A DNA stretch of 64,000 bases, taken from NCBI GenBank assembly GCA_000002445.1, contig CP000067.1, positions 128,001-192,000 on the forward strand. The letters run 5' to 3'. The stretch comes from Trypanosoma brucei. Lineage: Eukaryota. Positions within the stretch are counted from its first letter, which is position 1, and each line of letters starts with the position of its first letter. Both the position numbers and the translations under genes were made by a program. This document shows positions 20,745 to 32,600 of this stretch, piece after piece. Below the pieces are notes generated by a model. That model was not told the origin of the DNA. It saw nothing but the letters and a program-made list of their open reading frames with translations, and ran no database searches.

Positions 20745-22292
20745 TTAATCATCGTCCGGATCCACAAAATCCGGCAGTTCATCTAATCCCTCCCATTCCT
20801 CAGGGATATTAATCTCCCAATAAGCTGGCAGGCTAAACACCTCCTCTGGTGAATATTTCTTCAGACATTGCTCCACAACACGCAAAACCTTCTCTAGCCG
20901 CGATTGCATTGTAAAAAAAATTGTGAGGCCTAACATGTTAAAGACAAAAGGGTGTAACACCTTCCGCACATGCGCTACCAGCGGAAGGGTACGATATAAT
21001 GAATCCGGTTCATCATACGCCTTCAGTGCATCATATGTTCCACGCCTGAAGCGGCAAATGGAAATATTCGCTACATTCCCAGAGAAGGGATTATTACTGG
21101 GATCAGCACGTGAATAAAAACCGCTACCGTGATCAAGAAAAGCGTACTTGGCGAGTCCCTTGATGCGTTTGTCCTTCATTGGTCGGTCACAAACGGTTTC
21201 ACGACCGCAGCCACCGTACACAAAGTTGTTGTGGTCATTCATACCGCGATCACTATTACCAATGATGAAGTCGAAAATAAAACGGTCATTAAGCTCACCG
21301 ATAGCCCGCAACCTCGCGCTCTTTGGAGGCCAAAATGAACTTCCTGGAATGAAATACTTCTTGGCAAAGGCATTGTCATACTTATACGGCAGCTCCAAAA
21401 AAGTTTCCAATGCTGGATGGACATCATGCATCCATAGTTGAACAGAAACGTAGGCGCAAAGTGAAGCACGAAACGGTGGGTGTCGTGAAGAATTTGTGCA
21501 AGACACAAAGTCCTCTTTGATGTTCTTATCTTCAAAAATAGTGTTCGACGCCCACTGCGAGAGGAGAGGGGAAGTTGCGGCAGCGGCTTGCATATGCTCC
21601 ACGGGAAGAGCAACTAACACTGTTGTGGGAACTCGTGACAAGTTCAGGGCGCGATCAACACTAAAAGCAGCTACCTCACTACTGGCCTCGAAGTAAAACC
21701 TACCCTGAGAAACCTTCACTAGCGCTTTGATTCCATTATGGGCATATGTAATCCTAAACTTTATCGTGCGCCCGTACAACAGCTTTGACGACATGGCCTT
21801 AATGTAGCGCATGTTGTTCAGATTGCTAAGGTACGCCTTGCAAAGTTCATCACGTTCCACCGTAAACTCTGCGTTGCGTCTATCGCACGCCTCCCATTCG
21901 CCTCGTTTTGATGAATTGACAGTTGCAAGATTGTACGGCAAAGGCACACCCAGCCCTGGCTTGGCAATGATGTCTGTGAACTTACCCGATGGTTGCCAAG
22001 GGTCTCCTTCAATTTCCTTCAGGAGTAAATTGTTCGCAAACGTTCGTAGCGCCTCAACGTACTCTTGTGGGAGAATGTAATCCACTGCAGCCACTTGTGA
22101 ATCTTCTGCAGTTTTTTTGGAAATTGGAGTGGGTGCCTCGCCTACACGGCTGGATGAGCCAAGGGTTTTATATAGTAAGCCACAACATACACACACAGGC
22201 ACCATCAAAATAAGAACAAGGAAAATTAGCACACGGCGCCTCGCACGTGTCCACTTCACGCGGCTACGGCGGCTGAAGTGACGAAAAGACAT
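20745..22292 (-). CDS. Type II membrane protein with Fam20/Four-jointed-like secretory-pathway kinase domain
   Basis: N-terminal signal anchor ([22 protein letters not shown]). GIKALVKV...[20 protein letters not shown] matches Fam20C (K)...[38 protein letters not shown] matches LDFLMGNMDRHHYE (catalytic loop). LDHGSGFY matches IDNGRGFG (metal-binding D). Confidence 0.55.
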   Translation of the reverse strand: [515 protein letters not shown]

Positions 22293-22745
22293 ATTTTCTT
22301 CGTTTTGTTATTCTCGTTAAAAAAATCAGCGGAATCGCCACAACTATTTGGATCACGCAGTCGGCAACGAAATTAGATTCATCGTTGCATGAGAGGCAGA
22401 AGGACACAAACAAGTATGACCATCAGGGGGGGGGGAAAGAAAAAAGAAAGGATGACAAAGTGGAAGCAAACATTTGCTCACAAAATAGAGAAATAGGTTA
22501 ATGGGAAATGTATGCATGTTTAAAAATAGAAAAGGATAGGGAAAAAAACCGAAGGCATAACAGGAAACGTGCGTGCAGCAACGAGTGAAATATGCCCAAT
22601 GATAATCACACTAACAACAATGCCAAATAAAAAGTGTCCGACTATACGAAAACAAAAAAAACCATTCAAAGCACCAAAACAATTCCTTTTTTTTCATTTG
22701 AGGGTCCGGTTCCTGGCGCACATGCGATTACGCCAGCCGGTTTAT

Positions 22746-23180
22746 TCACTCCTCAGTTTTAAACGTTTTCTTCGCATTATGTGTGTTGTCCTCCTCTTTA
22801 ATAATGACCTTCATATCGCTCTGCTCTTCACTTTCCCTCTTCACACCGGTCCTGTCTTCCAACCGCTGTTTCTTTTGGCTAACCTCCGCGCGGGCTTCTG
22901 CGACCAACTGCCGCTCCACGCCCTTCACACGCTCTTTATACGCCTCCCACTCTGTTGGTTCCGGCACAAACTCCTGTCGCTGCTGTTTAATGCCCCATCG
23001 CAGCTGTTGAGTTCTACTGAGTCGCGTCGTCGCGGCCCCACGTGATGGCGTTACGCCTTTGCACTCAAATGTCCAATGCGCTTTAGAACCACACTTTTGG
23101 CACGTTTTCTTCGCATTCGAGGTTTCGTCAACTCCGCGAGGGGTGCTATACTTCCGCGGAGGTCCTTTGTTGCCGTACAT
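22746..23180 (-). CDS. ZCCHC10-like CCHC zinc-knuckle protein
   Basis: 144 aa. CQKCGSKAHWTFEC is a C-x2-C-x4-H-x4-C knuckle near the N-terminus, followed by a charged Lys/Glu-rich tail, as in ZCCHC10. Confidence 0.6.
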   Translation of the reverse strand: MYGNKGPPRKYSTPRGVDETSNAKKTCQKCGSKAHWTFECKGVTPSRGAATTRLSRTQQLRWGIKQQRQEFVPEPTEWEAYKERVKGVERQLVAEARAEVSQKKQRLEDRTGVKRESEEQSDMKVIIKEEDNTHNAKKTFKTEE

Positions 23181-23602
23181 TTTGCTATAATGCTACAAAA
23201 CAACAATAAAGGATGAAAAAGATGCATTTACAACTAATACAAACAACACCTACAAGACAGAACACCAGCAAAACGATATGCTCATGAAGGAGGTTATACA
23301 AAATACAAAACGAGTAAACAAACAAACAAACAACTCCATTTTTCTTTTTTTTCCTCTCTTCATTGTGTGTTCGAAATGATGTGTTGTGGACATCACTGAG
23401 CAAGTAGCAGGAACATTTTTCATATATTAAGAAGCCATGGCTTCAATTCTTTTCTGGCAATTGGTGTTACCCCCCCCCCCCACCTCCCCTCCTTCCTTTC
23501 TTCCTTCTTTTTCATTCGTTATTACGTCTATGTTACTGGTTTTTATTTTCCGCACAAGCAAAATATGTGAAACGTTAGGCGGAGTGAGCGAAAGAAAGAC
23601 AA

Positions 23603-26600
23603 CTAGGGCTCCAGCACCAGCGCAACACCCGCCAAAATGAAAGCTTTAGCGGCAAGCTCGCTGGCACAGGGTAAATGTAATTCTGCAAGAAACATTTCCT
23701 TCGTGCCATTGGTGTATAACGGTACACCAACAGTGGTTACCGAATCCGGCATTGTGGTCATCCAACCAACATAAGTCTTTGGCATTGGAAATAACGCAGC
23801 CTCGTCCGCTGCCTCAATGGATTGCAATACATTAGACTCATCCAGTACAGCACCTTGCAGCATTAACCCCTCCAAACACACAGGGACTGTTTTACCCTCT
23901 GGTGGTGTAGAAATTGAGGTAACAAGCCGAAGAGCCACGAGAGGTTCGTGAAGGGAATGGGCAGTTTCCTGTCGAAGTGCATGCAAAAACGTGTGCGGTC
24001 GGAACATGGTGGAAATGTTAAGTGAAGACTTGAGAAGATTCCCATTCGTGGCCAACTCGAACAACTTTGCGATTGACGTTGCTCGATGCAACAGTGACTG
24101 CAGCCACGGTAAAATGCGAGGAGAGCCCTGATAATAGTTGTCCCATTGAGCCGGTACCTCGCCAGCGATCATTGTTGAAGCTTCAGCACGCCGATCTTCC
24201 CTCAGCAGAGCTTGACCTTCCAGAACCTTACCCAAGTCCTTCATCGACTCGTCCACAATGCTCACAAGACGCAGTGAAGATGTCATTTCGGCCCCCATGA
24301 AACCGAGAATTGGAGATGCATCCCGTGCAATACTAACTGTTTGCTGCAACAAGTCAGGGTTGGGCCGCATGAGTTCCTCCCACACTTGCAGAATTGGTCT
24401 CAACTTGTTTGCCCACTGTTCACGACTCATGGATGACTCACCTCTTGCTTCAATAAGGAGCTGCAAATCGTCTGTTAGTGCACGAACCTTCGACAACTGC
24501 ACGACGCGATCGGCATTTGGGGGAAGCGAAAAGACGAAAGGAATGTCATTTTCTGGTAGTTCTGATATCACCTTAAGGCAATCCCCATGCTTTCCTGATG
24601 CAGGTACTTTTACCTTTGCAAAGAGATTCATCTGTTGCTTCGCACTGGAGAGCACATTTGGATTAAAAAATTGATCCGTGTACTCCCTGAGGACGCGCAT
24701 GTCATACTCATTTTCCAAGCGAGAGCCATAGATGGCATCCTCCATGAGGCCACGAATAGCACGCCAGTCGGTCTCTCCCTTTGCTTGTTGTAGGACAATA
24801 TCTGAGGCGGACTTAAGATCAGCCGACGTCATTTCGTATGCCTTTGTCCAACCCTGTGGAATGTACGAGCGTCGCTCCTGCAGAATGGCGTGGAACGATG
24901 CCGTGATAAAGAGTAATTGCGTGTGAAGAGTTCCCTTTGCATCGTAAGGACCACTTTCCCAATCCTGGTAAGTGTGAAGAAGGTTTTGCTGTACACCCGG
25001 TGGTGCCTCAAAGGTGATCTTAAGGCACTGAGAAAGAAAAATTGAAGGGAAATCGTCATGCGCCTCGCTTGTGAGGAATAGTCGGAACTTGGAGTCCGGT
25101 TTAAGAACGTTCAGCTCCTTCTGTAGCGCTGTGACCCATGGGATCACAAGGTGCAAATTCTTTAGGAATAGCCAATCACCACTCTCAGCGCAGGCCCGCA
25201 ACAACCGAACAGCTTCCTCAGCCTGTCCACCACCCATAGCAAGTTGGTGGAAGTGATCCCGCCCGACCTTCTGATGAGCAATCGCTTGTAATTCCTGCGA
25301 GGGGTCAGCACCAGTCGTCGTGATTAACAAAATAGGCGTATTTGCCTCCGTACGAGTCAACAGTTGGGCGAGAGTATTATTGTCACCATAAGATTTAACA
25401 TGCAACATGTCACACGCCGTGCTTCTCACCGCCGCCATTAGCCTATCAGGACGAAGAGTCTTAACGACCAGTAATCGCTGAAACCTTGAAAGTTGACTAA
25501 TGAATTTGGGATACGATACCTCTGGGTTGGAGGAACGCATCCACTGCAACCAAACATCAGCCTCATGAAGAGAAAGCTTCGGTGTGAGATCTTCAAATAA
25601 CACGGCAAAGGAGCGATAAAGATCTCTGCTGTCTGGGAGTACCCACGTGGGCACCCGTACTTCGCTCTTCTTTGCTTCAGGGGCGATGGCGCGGTCAAGA
25701 AAGAAGTCCCATTCAGCAGCAGTGCAATCATTAGGGTACAGAGAACGAGCAAGGTGGATCCCGAAGACTGTACGGTGCTCCTTAAACAGGGAAGTGCAAA
25801 CCGAAGACACAACGCTTCGCACAAATGTCTTCGTTAACGCATCAATTTTAGTGTCGATATCGGTACGATCTTCTGCGTGGTGATGCAGTGTGTCGTTGAA
25901 TATCCCCATAAAGAAGCTGAAAGAAAACTGATACATATGCGACAGGGCTTTCAGACTTTTCACAATAAAGAATATTTCACTCGCCGTTTTTGCGAATGGT
26001 CGGTACACATTGCGCTTGGTATCGATTTCCTCCTGAACCTTCTTCGACGTTTCTAGCGCCACACTAATCTCCGCAGCCTGTGTTTTGATTTCGTTAAGGG
26101 AGTCAATCAGCGTTTTGTTATCCAGTAGCGATCCCTTTGACTCCGCTAAGTCTTTGAGGAGCGATTCCTCCAGATCGCTTAGTTGCATTTTCAGTCGCTC
26201 TTCTTTCTGAAGGACGGCAAGTTTCTCCTTCTCCAACTCCGGCTGTTCGTGTTGAATGGTTGCACCCAAAAACTGCCCCTCAAGACCATTTTGAGTTATG
26301 GAGAAGTTAACAGGAGTCAAGTAACTGAGAACGTCTGGGGGAATCCAAAGGTCAGTGGAGTTGGTAACGAGATAAAGTTGGAATCCATCCGCGTAGTCCA
26401 CCGTGCGACGGTCGCCGAACTGAATGACGCGTTTTGTACCCTCGGTCCGAAGTTCTTTTCGGAAGAGCGGGTACATGAACGCCTCAATGCCGTCTACATC
26501 AGTGAGAATAAAGCTCTTACCGAAGCGAAGCGCCAACTCCAAAGAAGATACAAACCGTTCTTCAGACACACTACAAACTTCCACTGATAGGCCCTTGCCT

Positions 26601-29600
26601 TTTAGGTGATTCACCAACCAGGACAGAGCCTGACCAGAGGAATCAATAATAAGCGGCGTTGTAACCTGTTCCTGTATAATCACAGCGTTATCCATGGACA
26701 GTTCATCTCCAGGAAGCCCTTCCGATTTATAGTGTAGTTGCATACTTTCTGGCCTCATAAATGTAAAGAATTCGAAATTGTCAACATCTTTCAACCGCTC
26801 TTTCCACACGTTCAAGGCGGTCCGGCGACCGTCCTCTGTAGCGTTACCAAGGTAGAGTATAAAAGCCGCAGCAAGAAGGCACCGCTTTGGTAAAAGAACC
26901 TGGTTCTCACGTATTACCTTGATCTGTGACACCCACCTGTCATGCTCGGAAGTGAGCTTTGCCAAAAGGTCATGGGCACACGCATACAAGCGCTCAGCCT
27001 GCTCAGCATGATCCTTGAGTCGCTCCGCCTCAGCCGTTCTCTCCCCAAAGTTGCGCTTCAGTCCCTCCACTCGCTCCTCCAACTTTGTTAGTTTCTCCTC
27101 ATACTTCCGCTTCTTCTCACTCCGACTCGCGAGACTCACCTCGTATTCCTTCAACTCCGCCTGCATCGGGCCCATCGTCTGAAGCACGGAAGAATACTCC
27201 AACACAGCCTTAATCCACTCAGCCATGGGGGCTGCAGCTTTTGAGGCACGGCCAATGACTTCTCGCTTGAAGGAGTTCTCGTGGTTCTGCATGAACTGTG
27301 TGACTCGCAAACGTGTTGCCTCCGTGAAACCAGCGATATTAAAATTGATGATCTGTTCCTTAATATCACCCGCTAGGATCTTACGAATGGATGCCCAATT
27401 CGTATCACCGCCACCACCTCCACCAATAGTAATAATGACGGCCTCCATTACGTCTTGCACAGCCGGCGGGGGTTGCTTGAGGGATTTCAACTCTGAAAGA
27501 TGTTCACTTCGGATCGAGCGTACGGCCGAAAGCGCCGCGTCAAGTGTTGGCTGAATGCCACTAAGACGTTCCTCAATCACACTTTTGCGTTCCTCAATGG
27601 CTTTCTGCTCCTTCTCTAGGTCCTTTCGGATCTTCTGAATATTTTTCTTTTGATCACTGGCCGCCTCCATATTAGTCTTTATCTCTTGTAGCGCATCGTC
27701 GGCCTCCTTTTGTTTGACTTCCATCAGTTTTCTCTTTTCAACAACGTCGGTTGCGATTTGGTCGACGTTCTCCTGTGCTTCATCGAGTTTCGACACACCG
27801 GTCTGCAGGCGTGTAATGCCCTCAGAGATCATCCGGCTCTTCTCTTTGAAGATACTCTCGTACGTGAGGCACAGCCCCTTGAAGTGTTGTGGGGAAAAGG
27901 TATTGATGTACTCTTTATGCACATGCACAATCTCCGTCGTCAGACTGAAGTCCTTCTTGTTATCTCGGCTGTCAATAGATTTGAACACATCCCGCATCAA
28001 GAGCCGGGGTATCAGCTTGAAACTGTCCGTGTGCCACGTCCCTACCCAGTAAACGTTGCAGCGCGTGAACAGAGCCGGATTGGAACGGCACTGCGGTTCG
28101 TAATTGGGATTCGTAGGGTCCATCACAACACACACGTGCAGCATTCGGGCAATTCGGTCAACAAAGTACGCATATGCACTCATACCCTCACCCAACGCAT
28201 CCTCCTTGAGTGGTGCGGTCATTGCATCCAGTTCCTCCTGCGCGAATAGTCCAGGAACCTCACCCGAGGCCAGAAGGGAATTGATAGTTTCAAGGAACGA
28301 CGAGTTCACGGTGAAGTTATGGTCCTCCAGCAACAATACAACATGCTGTCCCTCAACACCCGCCTTCATCATAATAGTCTTCAGTTCCGCGTTGAACTGC
28401 TTCATGCTGTACTCGCGGGTGATTCCCAATGTGACAAGTTCCATTCTCAAGCCGTACGCGGCGAGGCGAACAATACCGGCGGCGCACACGCCTGATCGGC
28501 CCACAAGCAGCAAGTTCCCACGTTCCTGCGACAGTACGCGATCCACGCGGGCCATCCAAACACAAACTTCGGGGATAAGTTGAACGTCGAGGTCAGCAAA
28601 CTCGCGCGAGTAACCCAACACAAAATCTTCAGCAGGTTTCTTGAGCTCTTCATTCGCGATGGGAGTCAGCTTCTTCTTCCCAATTGGCGATGTATCCATC
28701 CACGACACAAAGCTTGTCGTTTCTTTTTCACTGAGACCAGATTTGTGGCCAACGAGGAATATTAAGTTGTCGTGTATGACTTTTGATATCTTGGAGCGCT
28801 CCTCAGTAGTGACGAGACGGTCAACAAATATTCGGCGACCCTCGTAGCCGATTGCGTTGGTAACATCTTCTGGATTGTAGTTCAGCAAGTTGAGAACCCA
28901 TGAAGTAACGTCACGCGGGTTAAACATATAGTGGGACGCTACATTGACGGTGTAACGACTTGCCACTGCTTCGTAAACAGTAGTCATAATGCGTGCAATG
29001 TCAACAGCACCTTTTCCAGGAAGGTTGAGTTGAAGGCGGCCGCTCTGAATCATAATATTGAAGAATTCTGTGTATATGTTCTGCATCGCCTCTCGCGAGG
29101 GGTACGACATGGCGAGCACAGAGACCATAGCAAGGAAACGCGGTGCAACAGGGTGGCGTCCCATGCTCCCTGGTGGGTTCATGCTTCCGACAATTTGTAC
29201 CCGCTCCAAACTAATCCACTCCAAGTCAGTGTCATAGAAACCATTGTACAATACAATCTGTTGGAGCAGGGAGTGAAGCTGGACCGTGCCGTACTTATCT
29301 GGTTTCGGAAGATTCATGTCCTTCAAAAGAAGCACAAGGCGCTCCACTTCCTTGGGGCGCAACACTCGCCCTTGATTTGTGTTGTACACTTGACACATTT
29401 GTTTAAGTTTTTGAATAACATGGGTGGCCTCGGTCTGAGCGGAGCAGTTAACGGCGGTTACACGAGTACCAGGCGTTTTTCCAAACAAGTTGGTCAACAA
29501 CATCTTTTTCCCACATCCTTCAGGGCCGACGAGAATGAATGGACGGTATATGCCCGGACGCACTGGCTTCATCCAGGCTTGTAGAATCTTAACATTACGT

Positions 29601-32600
29601 TGACAGTCGACAGTTGCAACCATTGGGTCGCGGTATAGATCCTCCACAGAGAGGTCAGTGCAGGGTTCCACATCAAAAGTCCTATAGCAGTTGCTGGACT
29701 CATCGTAGTAAACATCTAGAGGATTCTTTGGATCAGGGAGTCGCTCCGACATCATGCTATGTATTTCCTTAGCATAATCCTTTCTGTACTCCTCCGTGAG
29801 ATATGAGCCCAAGCCATACACAAGGGCCAGAGCAAACTGTGCTTTACCAGTGCACCCCTGAAGTTGACTGAGTCCCGACGCAACCAAGCCAGTACGAGTG
29901 GTGTCAACAATTAACTTACCGGTGGCCAACAGAGCGTCAATCGCCTTGTAGAAGTAGTCATTAATCCATCTCTCCAACTTATCACGGACATCTTCGGGTT
30001 GCTCCACCAACCACGAGGTGACCATCATCTTGGGATCCACATCCTCCTCCGAAAGGTAAATAATACCCGTGCGTGAGACGGTTGCAGGTGACGCGAATTC
30101 CAGACTGTGCGTTTCAAATATGAAGTTTACGTTGTCTCCAAACTGAATACGCACACCATTCGGCATGGTAAGCAGTTTGTTGTCGTCCAACACTGAGTTT
30201 AGAGACTCCACCCACTCGGGGTCAATATCACCGTCGCAGACAATCCACGACAGTACGGAGGTTTCCTCCTTCACAACTTTACGAGCCGCCTCTGTAAGGA
30301 CACCATCGAACCACTCGCGAGTGTCGTTGTCCATGTAACCAAGCAACTGCGTACGCGGCAAGGCCTTAGGATTCATTATATACTGCGGAATAACCTTACC
30401 AAGTCGTTGCAGGGCGCGGCGAAGAATAAGAAGAAGCGTACTCTTTCCACTACCTCCAGGACCAACCAATACAACACCCATACGCTGTCTGAGGGCCTCG
30501 TACAGTTGAAGAACTTTCTGTATTTGTGCCTCCACAAGCTGCAACTTCAGTTCCTTAACAGATTCTTCAATAGCGGGACGTAGCTCAGCATAGTCAATCT
30601 CCTTTATCGGAGCGCCGGGGAATATGTCAGCGATAAGGTTGTTGTACAGCAGGGCATCATCGAAGGTAAGTTTGGAAAGTGTGTTGACACGTAATGATTT
30701 GATAATAATCTCACTTTCTTTTTCGAATATTTCCTCGGGACTGGGGTTGACTTTTCCACATGCACGTTCTGTAAGGTACTCATGAATTAACGTCCCACCC
30801 AGCCGCAGCACGGCCTTCATGGAACGCAGACCCCAATCGTAATGTGTTTGGAATGACAAGAGGTCTCTCGAGAGCTTAAAAACTTCTACCGTTTTCCGTG
30901 CCAAATCCACCGCATTTTCGAACCCCTCACTAAAGAGAATGGTACGTGTAATGAGTTCGTTATCTGGCACACTCATTGCGACTGAACGGAAGAGTTGCTT
31001 CAAGTTGTCGGGCAGTTTGCTACGGCCACCGTACCGCTTACCCGCAGGGTTTAACGTAACAAAAATACCGGCGTTTGAATCCACGTTGATTTCCTTCCCC
31101 ATGAGATGGCAACGAGGCTCACCATTCTTTATTGCTTCTTGAATCACTTGAATCATCTGCGACACTGCCGACAGTTGATCTACCTTAAGACGGTTAAACT
31201 CATCGAAACAACCCCATGCCCCACACTTGACAAGCCCAGTAAAGATACGACCCATGGATTTGAAGTCAATACCCTCATCACAGTTAAACACAAGCACCTG
31301 ACGACCCATCGCATTACCGAGTGCTTTAACAGACTCAGTTTTTCCTGTGCCCGCAGGTCCATATGGGTTACCACCGTAACCGAGTTGCATACCTTGCGTA
31401 AGCGTCAAATAGCAGCGGTCCGTCAGGGGCGTGTGCACAAGCTTGGGTGCATTACCCTGATACTCGTAACTGTACCGAAACTCCGCACCGACCATCCGGA
31501 GTACACAAGAATCACTGTAATCCATGTAAAAGCGGAGTTGCTTTCGCCACAACCAATCTGTATCCTTCTCAATACCAGCATCAATCAGGGCATCAACAAC
31601 TTCAATATTGTGAATAAGGTCCATAATGAGTGCTTTTACCTTCAGACCAATTACAACGTCACTGTTCCCACCAGCATACGTCGTCAATTCGCGTAGTTGT
31701 GCTTGAAGATTTGCCCTGTGTTTCTTTAACCCACCACTCTTAGCGTCCCGTATAGCATCTTCAGTCTGCTTGGTGAACGTGATCAAACCAGCCGTAGAGA
31801 GAATTTGAGACGAGTATGCGCCAATGTTTACCTTGTCAACACAACGTACTAAGTGTAATTTGAGTGTGTCCTTTACTGCAAGGTCTAACCTCCCCAACCA
31901 TTCTTCTACTTCCTCCGTGATCAAAACAGACTCTTCAATGGGCACCACCTCACCTTCAAGGGAATTGATTTGCAGGATGTGCTCCTTTGCATCGTCAAAC
32001 CGGACGCTGTGAACACCCATGAACAGTTTCTTCAGATGAGATTGAATGACAGAGGGATTGCGACTGTGGGCTAGAATCTCCAGCAAGTCATCATCGCTGA
32101 TAAAGTAGAAGCGCGGGAAACTATCACGTTTCGCCTCAAGAAATTGATTCAGCGCACGCTGACAGCGATCTAGCTGTTCCAACACAGTATACAGTACGTC
32201 CTTGAATTCCGTATGGCCTGCAAGGGAAACAAGACGACTATCAGCCGCGACAACCTTCATCACCTGCAAATACTCTTTATCAATCCTTGAAAAACGTTCC
32301 TGTTCCTGTGGAAGTGCACCACGGCGGAAGATAGGCTCAAGGTACACCCACTTGCGTTGAATTTGGCTCATATTACGGAGGTATTCATCAAGACAGGCAA
32401 GTCGCTCCTCCCATTTGTTTGCGTCGTTAGCAAAAATCCCAAAGTATGGAGACTCCTTCATACTCATTAAGAGTGCTTGGTTATCACTGAGAGCCGACAT
32501 CGTGTCCTTCCACTCTGTAATGAGTTTAACACCTTCACGATCTGGATGCGGAATAAGTGTAAATTTAGCATTGTTACCCCACGAACGCACATCGTCTAAA

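Noticed and set aside
27710-31696. Several 150-220-aa plus-strand ORFs (27710..28249, 28104..28583, 28931..29584, 31106..31696)
   Set aside because: All embedded antisense within the dynein heavy chain CDS. Long antisense ORFs are expected by chance in a 12.7-kb gene.
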